A DNA stretch of 64,000 nucleotides, from NCBI GenBank assembly GCA_013239625.1, contig MU056216.1, positions 4,275,099 through 4,339,098 of the forward strand. Direction: 5' to 3'. The notes beneath the pieces were generated by a model, which saw nothing but the letters and a program-made list of their open reading frames with translations, did no database searches and was not told where the DNA came from. This stretch comes from Lama guanicoe. Its lineage: Eukaryota. This document shows, piece by piece, positions 25,668 through 39,240 of this stretch; within the stretch, counting starts at the first letter, position 1, and every line of letters begins with the position of its first letter. Position numbers and translations under genes: made by a program.

Positions 25668-27249
25668 ATTCTTACTAGCCAGAGCCTCGAGAATTTAGAA
25701 TCCAGATTTTACATCATGATGTTAGAGACTAGATTTGGGAGGCATTCTTCCCCACAGCTCCAGAGAAGGAGACTCAAAACAGCGTGAACTTGAGTCTGCG
25801 AAGCCCCCAGGAGAAGCCCGCATCTGGCAAGCTGCCGGGGAGAGGGTAGCAACAGAAAAGGAGGCGTGCAGATGGAGGGGTCTCCCACAGATTCCCTTCC
25901 GTGCATGTCATGTCCCCTGGGGTGGAGGTGAGGGCCCAGGGAAGGCGTCACTGAGGCCATGTCTCTCTCAGGAGGGTGGTAACAAGGGAAGTGACTGGGT
26001 TACTGTTCAGACATGAGTTATAAGTAATGGCCCATGTTTGGGGCTGACATGGAACATGCTGGCATTTATTACCCAGTGACCATTCAGCAGCTTAAAGCAA
26101 AGGTTCTTTCATTCTCTTTCACTTCAATCTTCTCGGAAACTTCTGTCAAGGAAGGAAAATTACCAACGGAAAAACCTTGCTATCTGTTTAGAGTTTACAG
26201 TTGGCAAACCACTTCCAAACTGATTATTTCATTTCTTTCTCACAAGCCTTGTCTCGTGCATAGGGAGTGCTTGCCTCAGCAAAGGGCACACAGATCGTAA
26301 AATTTAGCAATTTTTGTGGCAAGTCTAATCTATGTTCTTTCTGTCTGCTAACAGATTTGCTAAGGAGTTTCTGTTATTTTGCAGATTGCCCTGGAGTTTG
26401 CAATAGCCCAGGGATTCCAAGAATGTGCCCAAGGGTCCCCAGGTTGGGAGAGGTGGGAAGGGGGTGGGGGAGCACTGAGGCTTCTGTGCTTTGTTTTGTG
26501 TATTATTTTCCTCAGGGAGATGCCATCGGCAGAGAGGCTTCTGCAGGGGTGGCTTGCGGAGGGGGACCAACTTCACAGGGAAACAGAAAGAGGCTGGGCT
26601 GCACCTCATTCATTTTTAAACCCGCAGCTTCAAGTCCTTAGTAGATGCTCAATTAACATTTTGGGAAAGACTATTTGGAGGGGGAAAGGGTGGACTTGAT
26701 CATCTCTGTTGAAGAGGGACAATCAACGGAATGGAAATGAAAGTCAAATAAAAGTTTTGTAAGGTCAGTGATACTTGTAAAATGTTTGTAAACTTGGGTT
26801 AACGAAACTCTGAAGATCAGGTGGATTAGTCATGTTAGGGATTTAGTTTTCTCCCAGCGGTACTATGGTCTTTCTTTTTTTAAGACCAATAATGTCTTAT
26901 TTTCATGCCCAGAGTTGGAAGGAGTGAAGGAAATTGGGGTCAGGGAGGGAAACTGAGAGACTGGCCTTCCCCTGCCTCATCTGAGCCCCTGCAGCAGCGA
27001 GTGGCTGTGGGGAAACTGAGGAAGAGGAGGATTCATCTTGGACTCTTGGGAGATTGGGATCTTTTATTCCTATGAACCATCTGTGTCCCCTGAAGCCTGG
27101 AAGCAGGAGCATCCACTCCCCAGGACACTGCATTCATCATCACCACCGTCATCTCATCTCGGCCAGGGGTGTCTGCTGGGCCCTCAAAGTACCACAGACT
27201 TGTGTGGCAGGAAATAGCTGGCCCAGGTGGGCAGCTCACCTGCCTACTT

Positions 27250-27830
27250 GCTTTCAGACCCATCCTTCTCCCCCTGTTCCCCTCAGATTGCGGGGGACTG
27301 GCCCCTACAACCTACAGTCCCCAACTTCCTGTGCCCACTTGTGTCGGTTGGGTTCAGCCAATGGAAGGCGCGGGTGAATGAAGGGGAGATTTGGTGTACA
27401 CCGGCCCATCGCACCTACCCACCTCCCCAGCCTCATCTGGGGCAGTGGCTACATCTCTGGCAGTGACCGCTTTTCCTCCTTGGACCCAGGTCTGCTACGC
27501 AGCCCTTGCTCTGCTTCTGCCCCCCGCCACCCCCATGGCCTTTCCCCCACGGTGGCCGCTCCTGCCTGGCAGCCAAAACCATGGGGCCCTCAGGCAGCCC
27601 CTAGTCCATAGTTCCAGCCTCCAGTTCCTAGGCTCTGAGGGCTCAATCTCCTCCCTTCGTTCCTCCAGCCCTAGGAGTGGAAGCAGCTTCCTGAAGTCGT
27701 TCATCTCCGGGTTCCCTCCCCCTCCCCTGGCTTCAGCTCTGCTAACTCCCTCGTCACCAGCCTACTGTAGTAATTCCTTCTCCTAAACTCCCTGCCCGGG
27801 GACCCGCTTTCCTGACTGTCTACTTTTCAG
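27250..27830 (+). mobile_element. ERVL LTR (LTR41-like)
   Basis: ggttgggttcagccaatggaagg..; cctccagccctaggagtggaagcagcttcctg..; ctgtagtaattccttctcctaaactcc. Confidence 0.5.
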
Positions 27831-28179
27831 ATTAGAACACAGGAGCCCTGAGACTCCGAGGCTCTTGCTACCAGTCTCTTTTTGCATGTTACATCCCTTT
27901 CCTGTGAATGGTGCCTGCTTTAAAGCAGCTCTTTTCATCAGGGAAAACAAAGTATATTAAAGGTCTGTGAATATTCAGCCAACACTGGGGCGGCACTACA
28001 ACCAGTATAAGAAATTCCAACATTCCACATCCCAGGATGAGCCAGCCTGTGGGAAATCTAACCCAGCACACGAGAAAGCGTCAGACTTCCTTCATTCTCC
28101 AGCTCCTTCCAGCAGAGCCATCGGGGACAGTCTGGGAAGGATAAAGGTGTTCAAAGCCTATCACAAGCCATACAGCTCT

Positions 28180-28181
<2 letters not shown>

Positions 28182-28251
<70 letters not shown>
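28182..28251. repeat. Compound microsatellite (GT)16(GA)19
   Basis: Perfect GT run 28182-28213 followed directly by GA run 28214-28251. Confidence 0.97.
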
Positions 28252-28253
<2 letters not shown>

Positions 28254-28489
28254 TATGTGACATAAATAGAAGATTTTTGCTGTAAATATTGAAACTTTTT
28301 TTTATCATTTCATGGACTGTTTTAAATTTGAGAGGACTTTATCAGCAGCAGCACTTCCAGGAGAGCGAGCCCTTGTACAGCTTGGCTAAAGCACTTGGGG
28401 GCAAGTCCACGGTCAGCACCATCACTGCTCTCTCGTGAAGGCTGTTCTCTGAGAAGTTGCAGGTGCACATTCCCCACCACCTCGCCCAA

Positions 28490-28935
28490 CCCGATGCCCT
28501 GAGAAGACATGAGACTCCTGGGTCAGAGACAAAGGACTTGATTACTCACTGCACAGCAAGCAACACAAGCTTCACATTCCAGTTGGTTCCCTTGTTCCTC
28601 GAGTACTGCAGGGTGACACCGAGTGGCGCAGGCGAAACTGGGCACATAGTGGGTTTGTGTCACAGCAGAGGAACGCCACGTTTAAGGAACCCACATCTTT
28701 TAAAGGGACCTCAAGCGAACCTGCCCCACTTTGACACCAGACTGAGACATTATCTTCATTATCCTAGACACCAAGCAAATCTGCCCTCTGCCCTGGAAGG
28801 AGACATTATTTAGGTTTCCCAAGGCAATTTTCTTTATAATCTTCCTTGAAAGGATAGTCTAGAACAGAAGTGCAGTGCTCCCAACTCAGAAAACATGTCA
28901 AGACACAGAGACCCACAGAGAACTTTCCCCTAACA
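28490..28935 (-). mobile_element. ERVL-type solo LTR (MER76-like)
   Basis: catgagactcctgggtcagagacaaaggacttgattactcactgcacagcaagc..aacctgccc..gagacattat..; ends cctaACA (TGT start on - strand). Confidence 0.55.
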
Positions 28936-29589
28936 CACCCCTGGTTAAGGATCACTGATGCAGGATATTATTTCTATATCTAAATGCTCTACATGTTTCA
29001 AACAACAAATTGACAAATGAGCTCTTCTGATCCTGCCATATGGGTGGGGAAATGGGCAACTGCCTCATGGTTGAGCTACCACTATATGAATATATTTTAT
29101 TTCTGTATAAAAAAATAACCTGATTCAAGTTTGTAGTGTAGGAATCCAGCGAGGGTTAAATTAAACAACACATGCAAAATGTTGGTACATAGCAGGCAAT
29201 ACAACTGGGTTCTTCACTCTCTTCTTCTGTGCTTTGCCTGCTTCACAGCCTTGCCTGAAACTCTCCTGGCTGCACATCAAGAATGGCTTAGATTTATGTC
29301 ATTTTCCTGCTACTGGTAGCAATGCTGAAAGGAGTCCATTGAATTCTTTAAATGTGTCCCGGGGGAGGCACCCAGCTTACAATAAGAGCAATAAAAATGA
29401 CTGCGCTGTTGGCAACCTGTTATCTGTAATTTTATGATCTGCCACTCACTTGATTCTACCATTTCTCCTGATTTCTCGTCCTGCCTCCATCCCCGTCCCA
29501 TTCTGTTGGCCTTTTCAAGACCACCTTCTAGAAACTGTCTACACCCTGTGTTCTCTGCAGCTACAGCTCTTTTGTTTATTCACCCAGTA

Positions 29590-30440
29590 ATAATTTGCTG
29601 ATGACATGATCTCTCATATAGAAGAGTCTAAGGAAGTCCATTAAAATAATTATCAAACCAATAAACGAGTATAGTAAGGTGACAGCATACGAGATCAACA
29701 TACGAAAATCAACAGTATTTCTGTACACTAGCAGTGAACAATCTGAAAATGAAACTGAGAAAACAATTCCATTTGCAATAGCACCAAAAAGAATCCAGTA
29801 CTTGAGAATAAACTTAACATGAGAATTACAAGGCTCATACAATAAAAACTATAAAATACTGTTGAAAGAAATAAAATACGGCCTAAATAAATAGAAAGAC
29901 ATTCATCTTCATGAAGCAGAAAACTGAAGTATTGTCAAGACACTAATACTCCTCCAAACTGAACTACTGATTCAGCACATCCCCTCAAAACCCCAGCTAG
30001 TACTTGGCAAGTTGACCTTCAAATTCATATGGAAATTTGAGGGATCCAGAATAGCAAAAACAATCTTTAAAAAGAAAAAAATCTCGAGGGGGAGGATATG
30101 GCTCAGTGGCAGAGCACATTCTTAGCATGCTCGATGTCCTGGGCTCAATATCCAGCACTTCCATTTAAAAAGTAAATAAATAAAAATAAACCCAATTACC
30201 TCCTCCCCAAAAGAAAAAAAAATCCTTAACAAGAAGGATAAGGCATGGCTACTAATGAATACCAGGATTTGGGGGGTGGTGGTGGAGGGGCTGAAAATGC
30301 TGTAAAATTCAAAAGTGGTTATGGTTGCACAACTCTGTGAATACACTAAGAACCACTGGATTGATTATAAACTTTAAAAGGCTGAATTTTACAGCAAGTG
30401 AACTGTATCTCAATAAAGCTGTTATCTACCAAAAAAAAAA
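29590..30440 (+). mobile_element. Old L1 (L1MB-like): ORF2 RT remnant joined to 3' terminus, interrupted by a SINE
   Basis: tttgctgatgacatgatc (FADDMI, L1 RT motif)..gatcaacatacgaaaatca..; 3' end ggttgcacaactctgtgaatacactaa..tatctcaataaagctgtt + poly-A. Confidence 0.85.
30086..30222 (+). mobile_element. Camelid tRNA-derived SINE (Vic-1-like)
   Basis: ggggaggatatggctcagtggcagagcacattcttagcatgctcgatgtcctgggctcaatatccagcacttcc + A-rich tail with ctaattacctcc-like segment; degenerate A/B boxes; approximate TSD aaagaaaaaaatc on both sides. Confidence 0.8.
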
Positions 30441-30859
30441 AAAGCAAGGCTTCAGACTTCTGAGATTTGTGATATTGATAACGAGGTAACCTCACATGTA
30501 CTCCGAAGGTTGTGAAGGAAGAGAACCTGGTTCTGTTACACACTTACACGCTTTAATGGAGCATGATTCCTGGGTGTGGTTGCATCCAGACCAACTAAAA
30601 AATTGTGCCTGGCACTTGACCTATTAAGAAGTCAGGTTCCACACGGGGTTATTTCTGGGCTTCAGTGCAGAAATAACCCTGGTTCTATAAGGAAACCACT
30701 TCAGCTGGAGAAGATGGTACCCTGGTAGAGCTGTGTACACCCATCTCGCTCACCCACATCTCACACCTCGCTCAGCTGTCGACGGCCTTGGAACAGGTAC
30801 TCCTAGAAGTTAATATAGCCACAGAAACTCAAAAACAAAGAATAACCCAGTAAAAACCA

Positions 30860-31655
30860 CAGAAGCACACTCGTTTATCCGGGTAAATGGCATCACCAGC
30901 TGCCCAGGGAGAAATCTTGGACATGTCGCCAATGCCTCCATTTTCCTTACTCCGCCCCCCTCCCCCCCCCAGTGCCTGCTCCATCTAAAACATCCTTCAC
31001 ATGCTATAAGTTCTGTAGTATTTTTGCCTAATCAGTTTCCAGAGGCCCCTGATTTTTCTTTGCTAGGTACCAGTTTGCTGCTCTGAGACTGGGCCTGCAG
31101 TCTTAATAGTGGGTTCCTATTAACCATGTTAATTGCATTAAACATATTAAAGTCACACCATGTCTCGCCTCTGCTCAGACTGCCACTGCTCCTTGTCTCA
31201 CTGAGACTCAGAGTGACTGAGGTTCCACCCCACCCACCACTGCACCCCACCTTCGCCACCAGGCTCCTTCCCACACGCCTGCCTCCCAAGCCTCCTTGCC
31301 TCTCCCTGAACACAAGCGCACTGCTGCCTGGGCTTCTGCACTCACGGTTCCCTCTGCCTGGGCCCCGCTCACTTCTGGGACCCACATGATTGGCTCCCTT
31401 GAGAGTTTGCCCAGTGTCACCTGCCAGTAGGCTCCCCCATCCCCACTTCACCCTGCACTGGCTGCCTCATTTCCTTTGTCTTTCTCCATCACCATCTGAC
31501 AGACCATAGATTTACTTGTCTGTTGATTGTCATCCTCTCCCCATCATTACCTGAAGGCCCAGAGTTGCATTCACTGTTTGTACTTCCAGAGCCTGGACCA
31601 GTGCATGTAGCAGATATTCAATTCATACCTACAAGTGACTGAATGAATGAGAGGG
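30860..31655 (+). mobile_element. L2 LINE 3' region
   Basis: ggcatcaccagctgccc..cacaccatgtctcgcctctgctcag..; tail agagcctggaccagtgcatgtagcagatattcaat..gaatgaatga. Confidence 0.7.
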
Positions 31656-32099
31656 ATGTAAGGCTCCAAGACCTGAGTTTTCATGCATTTTCTCTGTGTT
31701 GCTGGCTGTGACTTGCCTGCAAGCAGCCTTCTCTGTCTCATGTTGGGACAGCAGCCTCAGGGGTCACCCACACCCTTCTTGAGGCAACAGGCAGCACAAC
31801 CTGTGCATCCTGGACAGAACTCCCAGCCCACAAAGCCCTCCCAGGAAATGCATCTCTAACTAAAGACTCTGGGAGGGGGGACTGGAAAGAGGGTTTCCAT
31901 GGAGCAGAGTTTACCTTAATAAACAATCTCCCTTTAAACGTCTTTGTTCTTTCTCCAAAGTTCCTTTCTAGGCAGCCCTGCTTATTTATTAAGGTCACTT
32001 CCAGGGAGCCTGGTCTGTACCCTCTCCCAGATCAAGTAGGTGCCCCAGACCCTGGGCATCCCCCCAGAGTGGCACTGACCATGCCGTCCGCGTGTCTGC

Positions 32100-32226
32100 C
32101 TCCCACAGCAGCTCATGAGCCACTGGAAGATGGGGGCAGTATCCCCAGTGCCTGGTGCCATCCTGGCATGTAGTCCACATTTAATAAATGCTCACTGAAT
32201 GGATGAATGGATACATGAGTGAATGA
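32100..32226 (+). mobile_element. L2 3' tail
   Basis: gtatccccagtgcctggtgccatcctggcatgtagt..aataaatgctcactgaatggatgaatgga. Confidence 0.7.
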
Positions 32227-33959
32227 AGGAGAGGATACTTTGGGATCTGAAAAGCAGACTGATGGAAATGATTATGAAGAGGATGTTCAGAGTTACGGAA
32301 TTCACCCTCCTGAGCCCAGGGTTCTGTCTGACATTCAGAACTAACAGGTGTCCATTTAATAAAGCTTTCCAAGGAAAGAAATTTCACAACTTCCCCTCTT
32401 CCTCTCTCTGGCCACAAAGGCTGTTGATTCAGACACTGAATTAAGAAATAGATAAGCAGACAAATTGCATTGCCAGGGCTCGGTCTGTGCTCTTGTTGTC
32501 CTGAAGCTAATGTTTCCACGGGATACAGTTGAAGTCATCTCCTCCCTCTGCTCTTGGACTCCCCTCTTCCCCCGAAAAGGCAGGGCCAGGGGCCTCAGTC
32601 CATTGCAAAAAAATTCTGAGATACATAAAATCCTAAACAGATAACCAAGAAGCTAAGGAAAGCAGTTTGCTTTTACCTGTAGCATTTTGAAATTTACCAA
32701 GGAGTTTTTTCTTTCTAATTGTACTGGCACCAAAGAAATGGGAGGGCTGCCCCCTAAAGGGGCAATTCAGCAGAATGAATCTCTTGGAATGACTGTAATT
32801 ATATTGTCTGCTTGCTCTCTCTCTGCCAGTGACAGCGTGTGCTTAAGCGAGCTATCCCCTGGTGAGCAGGTCTGCGTTCTTTCTCTGGATTTGCAGCTGC
32901 ATTGCAGAGGCAGCTTAAAATAACCCAAATCGAGGCCAGGCTGCACCCTGATGTGGAAGTCAGACCCTCAGGGCTATAGAGGCTGAGGCAGGACCATCCT
33001 GAGTCTGCAGCCATTACAGTGCATGTCCTTCTTGAGGGCGGTAATGGACAGAAGTCTGCAGAGGACTGGGACCGCGAGGAAACACAGCCCGCCCCTGTTT
33101 GTTGGCATTTTCTCCTGGAAAATGTATCCACAGGACAAACTCTGAAATCTCTGAAAAAAATCTTGCTACATGTGCTCGAAAGACAATAAATAAAATCACC
33201 GAGGCGTGTTGTCCTCAGGTGGGCCCGTGGTGATTAAGCAGCGGGGCTGGGATTTGGGGAGCATTTGGGAGATTGGAAACAGGAGGAGAATGCCAGAGGC
33301 TGTCAGCCTGCCACACAGCTGCAAATACGCTGAGAGAGTCAGACAGGAAAACTGACATCTGTCAGGGAACAGTTAGCTGCCGTCAAGCCCTGAGCCTCTG
33401 CTGGGTGCTCTGCAGGGTTTGAGAGGTTTCCAGATGTCCTTTTGTTTCAACACAGTCTCTTCTTAACACACACCAGGAAGAAAGAAGCCCGGCGTGCAGG
33501 CTTTAAAAAGCACTGAATTGACTGTCGAGTTCAGCTTAGCCCAGGGACAGCAAGGACCACTTCCAAGGTGCGATGAGCCAACAGGAGTAGGGTGCTGGAA
33601 CTCGTCACACAATGCCTCATTTAATCCAGTAAAAATCCGCGAGGTGGGTCACTTTAAGCCCATTTAAGGAACAAGGAAAATGAACTCTACCCCAAGAGGG
33701 AGAAAGCCAGGTAAGAGGGGTCAGCCAGGTACGTCTCTGACAGTGGAAACGCCAGTGCTCACTTGCTATCTGGCTTCTCTGGAGGATGCACGCAGCACCC
33801 GGGCCAGTCCCAAGGTGAAGAGGACTGGGAGGGAAGAGAGGTGTGGGAGGCTCCCCACCAGGGAAGGTGGCTGGGGGGGTTTCTCAGGGACACAGGCTGA
33901 CTCCTGGATTGCTCACGTAGCACACCTGTCACCAGGTAAGGGAGGCCCAGAGACGTGCG

Positions 33960-34150
33960 TTCAACCACTGACCCTGCCACCTTGAGCAAGTCACATGACC
34001 TCTCTGAAGGGCAGTGTCCTTAACCACAAGATGGGGATGTGCCCCTGGCCACTGAGTGGTCAAGAGAGTTAGTGACAGTCTACGGAAACCACTCGGCCCA
34101 ATGTAGGACCTCCATCAAAACATGCAAGGGAAGTTGGGTAATAAAGCATG
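33960..34150 (+). mobile_element. MIR
   Basis: accttgagcaagtcacatgacctctctg..cagtgtcctt..aagatgggga. Confidence 0.6.
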
Positions 34151-34304
34151 TTAAAAAAATTTCCTGCCATTCATGTCTCCAGGGCTGGAGAGAGGGGAAG
34201 GGGACTGTTAGTGAGGAAGTCAAGTGAGACATCCTGTTCGTAAAGAGGCAATTACAGTGACCTAATCATGCTGCCCGAGAGTCAGACGGGTCTTGCATTA
34301 GCTT

Positions 34305-34445
34305 AGAGACCCTGCTTCCCCAGACTGTGGCCCACAGAATAGTAGTGGTGCCACCTGGACCCAAGCCCACGTCTACTGCATCAGAATCTGCACCTAAACA
34401 AAGCCCCAGGGGAACAGGTGCGTGCTGGAGTCTGGGGAGCGCCGT
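34305..34445. mobile_element. MER5-like hAT-Charlie fragment
   Basis: tctactgcatcagaatctgcacctaaacaaagccccaggggaacaggtgcgtgctggagtctggg. Confidence 0.55.
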
Positions 34446-36174
34446 GAGAGCAGCACTTGGACTCGGGAGTCGGATCCTGGTTGGGCTGGATCCATCCCTA
34501 ACAGAGCAGTTAAGTCACAAGATGAAGTTACAGTCACTAAGTGGCTCAACGTGCTCCTGAAAGAGGCGACCGTCACCGTGGACCTCAGCAGGGCATCTTT
34601 CCTTCCTCCTCTAAAGGCTTTGTGATGGATCCGCTACACCTGTAGGCCTCCTCTTTCTAAACACCTGGCCAGGAGCTGGTGGGGATGTGCCGCTTTGGGC
34701 CAAGGGCAAGGTCAACTAACCCCGGTGCAGGTGGAGCCCAGAGAGGGCTGCTTGCTCCAGGAACTTCGGATACAGCAAAGCCTCAAGATCAAGGACACAA
34801 TGACATTCCTAAGCTCCCAAATCCCGAACCCCTGCCACCTCTGTCCTGCCCGGGCTTCCAGGTGCCTCACACACCTGGGCCAGCTCAGCCGGCTGTCTTC
34901 TGGGAGATGAGCGGTACCCGGGGAGCCCTGTGAAGGACAACGGCCCTGAGGGCCGTGCAGATGAGCCCTGCGGTGAGAGCAACTGCTATTTACTCAGTGA
35001 TGGGGGTGGGGGTGGGCAAGTACTTAACATCTCTGAGCCCACCTCCCTAAATGTGATGAGGATCATATGAGATCAGGAGTATGTCTGCCTTGCAGCAGGT
35101 ACTCAGTAAATCACAATATAATGACAGTCCTGGCTTGACTCCTGGCCTCTTGGCCCACAGGGAGTTCCAAACTCCCATGTCGCAAACAGACACTCAGTGT
35201 CCCCCCAGAATGTCAACCCTCCTTCCTCCCACTTCTAGATGTTTGAGTAACTTCATTCCTATTTCCTGAAAAAGTAGCCCCACTATCCTCTTTCTCCCAT
35301 TCACTTCTGCCCATCCAGGAATTGGCTCCACCAATTACGCTGCCTTTTTCTTATCTGTCATCTGAGACACTAAATGTTGATCTCTCTCCATCCTGAAAAT
35401 ACTTTCCTCATCCCTGCCACCCTCAGATGCCATCCCTTTTCTCCTCCTTTGCCCCATCTCAATTCTCAAAATGGTGAGCTGCATTTCTTGCACCTGCTCA
35501 TCTCAAAGGCCTCCCGTTGCCCAGCAAAGCCGCCAGGGCCGGCACCTCCTCCTGCCACCGGGCACCCTCAGAAGCGTCCATCCTGGCACCTTGAACTTTC
35601 ACAACAGCCCCTTGGTCCTCTTCCCTCTCAAGTCACCTGCAACATTAAATGCTGCTGACATTTCCCACCTTAAAACTCTTTCTCAACGTCTGGGTAGTTT
35701 AGAAAGGCACACCGCAGTAGGGATGGAAAGGCGTGATGTCTGGGCTGTGCTTTAAATCACTTCAGCCAACCAAAACAGTCGGGGGTAAAAAGAAAGCAAA
35801 GAGGAAATGGAAGAAGCAAATCTGACAGTCTTGACAATTATTTAGTTCAAGGAGAGGTTCAGGGTGGGGTGTGGGGATTCCCTGTGCTATTCTCTGTATT
35901 TGTACACACTCTCAGCAGCCGACATTTTTCATTATAACTTTTTTTTTTAATTTCTTTCCTGGGCCACCGCATCACATACCCCTCCTGGCTCAGTTTCTCC
36001 TCTTGCTTCATGTCCTCCCTTAAAAATAAGTGTTTCCCGAGGTCTTTGCCCCACTTTTCCTGTGTCAGGACTCAGCGTGCAGGCCTGCTCGCTGCTTTAC
36101 CTGAGCTCTTGGCACAGATGCCCTGACTCTACCCTCCAGTCGTGGCTTCTCTCCAAACTCCAGACTCACATATA

Positions 36175-36770
36175 TTTTTTAAAAATTTATGCATGTTAAA
36201 AAATACATATATAGAGAGAATAATATAGCAAAAGTCATGTACCCAACACCCAGATTTAACCAGTGTTGACACTTCAGCAAATTTCCTTCATAGTTTTAGA
36301 ATCAACATGTTACAAATATAGCTGAAGAACCTCACACCCTAACAAACCTCTCCAGCTCTGCCAGTTCTCTTCCCTTTCTCCTGAGAGGAAACCCCTGTTC
36401 TGAACTCAGGGTATATCTCCAGACCATATTTATACTTTGACTACTGAAGCCTGTGTCTACAATATATGGAACAATGTTGTTTTTAAATTTACATAAAGCA
36501 ATTTCACTATATGTGTCCATCTGTAACCATTTTCTCTCAACACTGTGCTTTCCAGAGTTACCCATATTGACACACAAAGACCTAGTTCGTTCATCTTGAA
36601 AGCTGCAGAGCATCTTGGTAGGTGACACCTAGCACAACTTTTCTCCTTACTTCCCTATTGATGGACATCTTGGCTGTTTCCTATACAAACAGTGCTGCAG
36701 CGACAGTCTTTTGCAGGTCTCCCTGTGTACACATGCGTGAGCATGCTGCTCTCCTCTGTGCACATCTACT
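36175..36770 (-). mobile_element. Old L1ME-type 3' end
   Basis: catgtacccaacacccagattt..ttttaaatttacataaa..tgatggacatcttggctgtttcc..caaacagtgctgcag. Confidence 0.7.
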
Positions 36771-36771
36771 A

Positions 36772-38710
36772 AAGGCCTTACAAAAACTACTAGAGCTGAT
36801 AAAAGAATTTGGCAAGGTAGCAGGGTACAAGATTAACATACAGAAATCAGTGGCATTTCTTTACACTAACAATGAAATATCTATAAAGGAAGGTAAAGAA
36901 ACAATCCCTTTTAAAATTGCATCCAAAAAAATAAAATACTTAGGAATAAATCTGACCAAGGAGGTGAAAGACATACATGGAGAACTACAAAACATTGACT
37001 AAGGAAATTAAAGATGACTTAAAGAAATGGAAAGATAGCCCTTGTTCTTGGACTGGAATAATTAGTGGGATCTCTATCAAATTAACCAGGACATTTTTAA
37101 CAGGATTAGAACAAATAATCCTAAAACTTACATGGAATCACAAAGACCCAGAATTGCCAAAGCAATATTGAATAAAAAGAAAGAAGCTGGAGGAATAACC
37201 CTCTCAGACTTCAGACAATACTACAGAGCTACAGTAATCAAAATAGTGTGGCACTGGTACAAAAACAGACCTATGGATCAATGGAACAGAATAGAAAGCC
37301 CAGAAATAAGCCCACAAACTTTTGGTCAATTAATCTTTGACAAAGGAGGCAAGAACATACAATGGAGTAAAGACAGTGTCTTCAGCAAATGGTGTAGGGA
37401 AAACTGGAGAGGTGCATGTAAATCAATGAAGTTAGAACACTCCCTCACACCATGCACAAAAATCAACTCAAAATGGCTTAAAGACTTGAACATAAGACAA
37501 GACACTATAAACCTCTTAGAAGAAGACAGGCAAGACATTATCTCACATACATCTCAGCAATGTTCTCCTAGGGCAGTCTACCCAGGCAATAGAAATAAAA
37601 GCAAAAATAAACAAATGGTACCAATTAAGCTTATAAGCTTTTGCACAGAAAAGGAAACCATAAGCAAAACAAAAAGACAACATACAATGGGAGAAGATAT
37701 TTGTAAAAGACAAGACTGACAAGGGCTTAGTTTGCAGAATATATAAACAGCTCACACAACTTAATAATAAGAAATAACCCAATCCACAAATGGGCAGAAG
37801 ACNNNNNNNNNNNNNNNNNNNNNNNNNNNNNNNNNNNNNNNNNNNNNNNNNNNNNNNNNNNNNNNNNNNNNNNNNNNNNNNNNNNNNNNNNNNNNNNNNN
37901 NNNNNNNNNNNNNNNNNNNNNNNNNNNNNNNNNNNNNNNNNNNNNNNNNNNNNNNNATGATAAATGCTGGAGAGGCTGTGGAGAAAAGGGAACCCTCCCA
38001 CACTGTGGGAATGTAGTTTGGTGTAGCCATTATGGAAAACAGTGTGGAGATTCCTCAAAAAACTAAAAGCAGACTTAACCTATGATCCAGCAATCCCACT
38101 CCTGGGCATATATCTGGAGGGAACCTTAATTCAAAATGATACATGCACCCCAATGTTCATAGCAGCACTACATATAATAGACAAGACATGGAAGCAAACT
38201 AAATGTCCATTGATAGATGACTGGATAAAGAATTTGTGTTATATTTATACAATGGAATACTACTCAGCCATAAAAAGAATAAAATAATGCCTTTTGCAGC
38301 AACATGCATGAACCTGGAGAATGTCATTCTAAGTGAAGTAAGACAGAAAGAGAAAGAAAAATACCATATATCACTTGTATGTAGAATCTGAAAAAAAAAG
38401 ACAAACAAACTTATTTACAAAACAGAAACAGACTCACAGACATGGAAAACAAACTTATGGTTACTGGGGTTAGGGGATAGGGTGGGAAGGGATAAACTAG
38501 GAGTTTGAGATTTGCAGATACTAACTACCATATATAAAATAAACAAGTTTATACTGTATAGCACAGGCAAGTATATTCAATATCTTGCAGTAATTTATGG
38601 TTAAAAAGAATATGAAATGAATATGTTCCTATGTGACTGAAGTATTGTGCTATACACCAGAAATTGACACAACATTGTAAACTGAATGTATTTCAATAAA
38701 AATATTTTTT
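36772..38710 (+). mobile_element. Young L1, 5'-truncated (3' part of ORF2 + 3'UTR), frameshifted, with a gap inside
   Basis: ORF2 peptides [75 protein letters not shown]; small internal deletion near 37060; AATAAA near 38695. Confidence 0.95.
37803..37956. other. Assembly gap (154 N)
   Basis: Run of N. Confidence 1.
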
Positions 38711-38714
38711 AAAA

Positions 38715-39240
38715 ATATATACATGCACCCCAATGTTCATAGGAGCTCTGTTTACAATAGCCAAGATGTGGAAACAACCTAAATGTCCATTGACAGATGA
38801 CTGGATAAAAAAGCTGTGGTATATTTTATACAATGGAATAGTACTCAGCCATAAAAATAATACGATAATGCCATATGCAGCAACATGGGTGGACCTGGAG
38901 ATCATTCTAAGTGAAATAAGTCAGAAAGAGAAAAAAAAAAAAAGACAAATGAACCTATTTACAAAACAGAAACAGATTCACAGACATAGAAAACAAACTT
39001 ACGGCTACCCCTTGGGGTGGGGTGAGGGTGGGAAGGGATAAATTGTGAGTTTAAGATTTGCAGATACTAACTAGTATATATAAAATAGATAAACAACAAG
39101 CTTATATTGTATAGCACAGGGAACTATATTCAAGATCTTGTAGTAACTTATGGTTAAAAAGAATCTGAAAACGAATATATGTGTGTTCATGTGTGACAGA
39201 AGCATTATGCTGTACACCAGAAATTGATACAACATTGTAA
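38715..39240 (+). mobile_element. Second young L1 3' fragment directly after the first
   Basis: acatgcaccccaatgttcatagg..ggaaacaacctaaatgtccattgacagatg..; repeats the 38140-38690 segment with substitutions and a deletion. Confidence 0.9.

Noticed and set aside
30086-30165. tRNA-like sequence
   Set aside because: Degenerate A/B boxes, A-rich tail and TSD show it is a SINE, not a tRNA gene
36622-38287. ORFs of 126, 195 and 81 aa as host genes
   Set aside because: Frameshifted pieces of L1 ORF2
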